DNA of 22,486 nt, taken from contig JAQGDQ010001881.1 in assembly GCA_030141605.1 (NCBI GenBank), forward strand, positions 1 through 22,486, in the 5' to 3' direction. Positions within the stretch are counted from its first letter, which is position 1. The number at the start of each line of letters is the position of its first letter. Below are positions 20,426-22,486 of the stretch, one piece after another. Under the pieces are notes generated by a model. That model was not told where the DNA came from. It worked only from the letters and a program-made list of their open reading frames with translations, and ran no database searches. Source of the stretch: Tubiluchus corallicola (taxonomy: Eukaryota > Animalia > Priapulida). The position numbers were made by a program, and so were the translations under genes.

Positions 20426-20788
20426 TGGCGCATTCAGACTAGCGAGTTTTTCTCGAGTTCCCTCACTTACGGCAAACTTGCAAGTGTGAACTGCTTTGTG
20501 AGCTACTTATGGTAAAAAATAGAGCTGGTTCACACTGTCTAGTGTGAACGCCTCAGCGAGTTACTCTCGGCACTTCTTGCAGCAGATAGAGAAGTGAGTG
20601 TCAGTCGCTGCAAGTTACTATCTAGTGTGAACACCTTGATGAGTTACTCTCGACACTTCTTGCAGCAAATAGAGAAGTGAGTGTCAGCTCACACTTGGTG
20701 TCGGAGAGTAACTCGTAGCAGGTTTTGCTCTCTAGTCTGAACGCACGAGAGTTACTTGGCATCAAAACTCGCTGGTGTGAATGCGCCA
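20426..20788. mobile_element. PIF/Harbinger-like MITE
   Basis: TAA TSD at 20423-20425 and 20789-20791. ~25-bp TIRs TGGCGCATTCAGACTAGCGAGTTTT / AAAACTCGCTGGTGTGAATGCGCCA. Internal direct repeat with ~83-bp period (20538-20604 vs 20621-20687). Confidence 0.85.
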
Positions 20789-21223
20789 TAAAGTAGCTTT
20801 AATGAGAAGTTGATGTTCTTGAAGCATTACATTGAATGTTAAAATGGTTCTTTTTGAAGTGTTTGCACAATGACACCATGACAGTTGAATTATTATTATT
20901 ATTTTTGCCTTAGTCTGTTGCCTTTGTTGTCTTTGGTGAAATATGTATAGTCAGAAAATTTGATAATATTGTCACCAGTTCAGAAGCGGTACTGCCCTTT
21001 TGTGTGGGACGCCTTTTGTTAATTTTGGTGCTTTTTTTGAAAATAAAAATTAATATTGAGAATTTTGCATTAATTTCTCTTGTTGTGCAAAGACATTGGT
21101 GTTTCAGCAGAAAGTTAATCCTACAATTACAATGTATATCATGCACAGTTTTACGTGTGTTGATTTATTACTGACTGTGCCTCGTGTTAGTTGCCTCTTC
21201 AAATAAGAAATCATATTTTCGTA

Positions 21224-21301
21224 CTGTGTGTCTGTGTGTCTGTGTGTCTGTATGTCTGTGTGTCTGTGTGTCTGTATGTCTGTGTGTCTGTGTGTCTGTA
21301 T
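21224..21301. repeat. TGTC/TG-type compound microsatellite
   Basis: Direct reading: (TGTGTGTC)/(TGTATGTC) units. Confidence 0.9.
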
Positions 21302-21404
21302 ATTGTAACTGTGACTAGAGACGTTTATCCCAGTATTTATGCTGTGAACGTACGGTTTTTGTTATGGCAGGTTTGAGAGCATAAGAAAATTGAACAAACA
21401 ATGA

Positions 21405-21795
<391 letters not shown>

Positions 21796-22486
21796 GAGTC
21801 GGATTTTAATAATGCACATTGAAAACTATGTCTGCATGAACCATATGATTGAATTAAGCCAGCAGGCCATTGAATGAGGAATATAATATATTTTACTGTG
21901 ATTTATAATGTGAATGTTGAAAATTGATATTATACTTACAAAGCTACATTTAAAAATTATTTAAATTTAACATCTAGTAAACGATAAAGTATTACTTTCT
22001 TATATTACATTCATAAATAAATATTGATTTATTGCCAAATGCCTTGATGATGTAAATTAATTCTCTTATGATGAAATATTGATTGAAGTATTATTCGTCA
22101 CCAGGTATACTAGATGGGTGACCATTGTTGTATTTTGTTAGTATTTTTACAGAGTTTATTTGTGCTTGTGGTTTGTTAGCAAAGCCAATGTATACAAGTA
22201 GCTAACGTGTTCCATAAGTTTTTCAATGTGTCTATAAAATAGTCCTGGATCTTATTTTAAAGTCTTTAAGGACCTGAAAATGTTCTTGTCTAATGACTTG
22301 TTGTTCAGTAGGCTTAACAGCTACATTGACATATCTGAATAAATATGAATTTTGTGTCTGAAACAACCAAATTTGTGAATTTAGATGCTTTCAGTTGTCT
22401 CACAGCTTTATCAAGAAAAAAACTATGCCAGAGTCATACTGAAATAAGATTAGTTGACGATACAAGCAACTACAAGATAAAAGCAG

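Overview
AT-rich eukaryotic (probably invertebrate animal) genomic DNA, not prokaryotic. It holds the last four coding exons of a + strand ankyrin-repeat gene that resembles ANKRD27/VARP: 5596-5715, 14861-15019, 18957-19167 and 19660-19832 (stop). All have canonical GT-AG junctions and compatible phases (0, 0, 1). The introns and flanks are packed with transposon debris: three copies of a hAT (Charlie-like) MITE with 8-bp TSDs, two inverted piggyBac-type TTAA elements, a Kolobok-like TTAA MITE, a PIF/Harbinger-like TAA MITE, CR1/L2-group and RTE LINE 3' fragments, a tRNA-derived SINE head, a probable Helitron end, minisatellites and microsatellites. The most unusual element is at about 17814-18344: a 5S rRNA-derived Pol III head with no terminator, fused to a GC-rich body with several helices and a clear H-type pseudoknot. 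It looks like a SINE3-type element with a structured RNA body. A second point of interest is that inverted MITE pairs bracket two symmetric phase-0 ankyrin exons, the layout that favours circRNA formation or exon skipping. Most ORFs in the supplied track are spurious.
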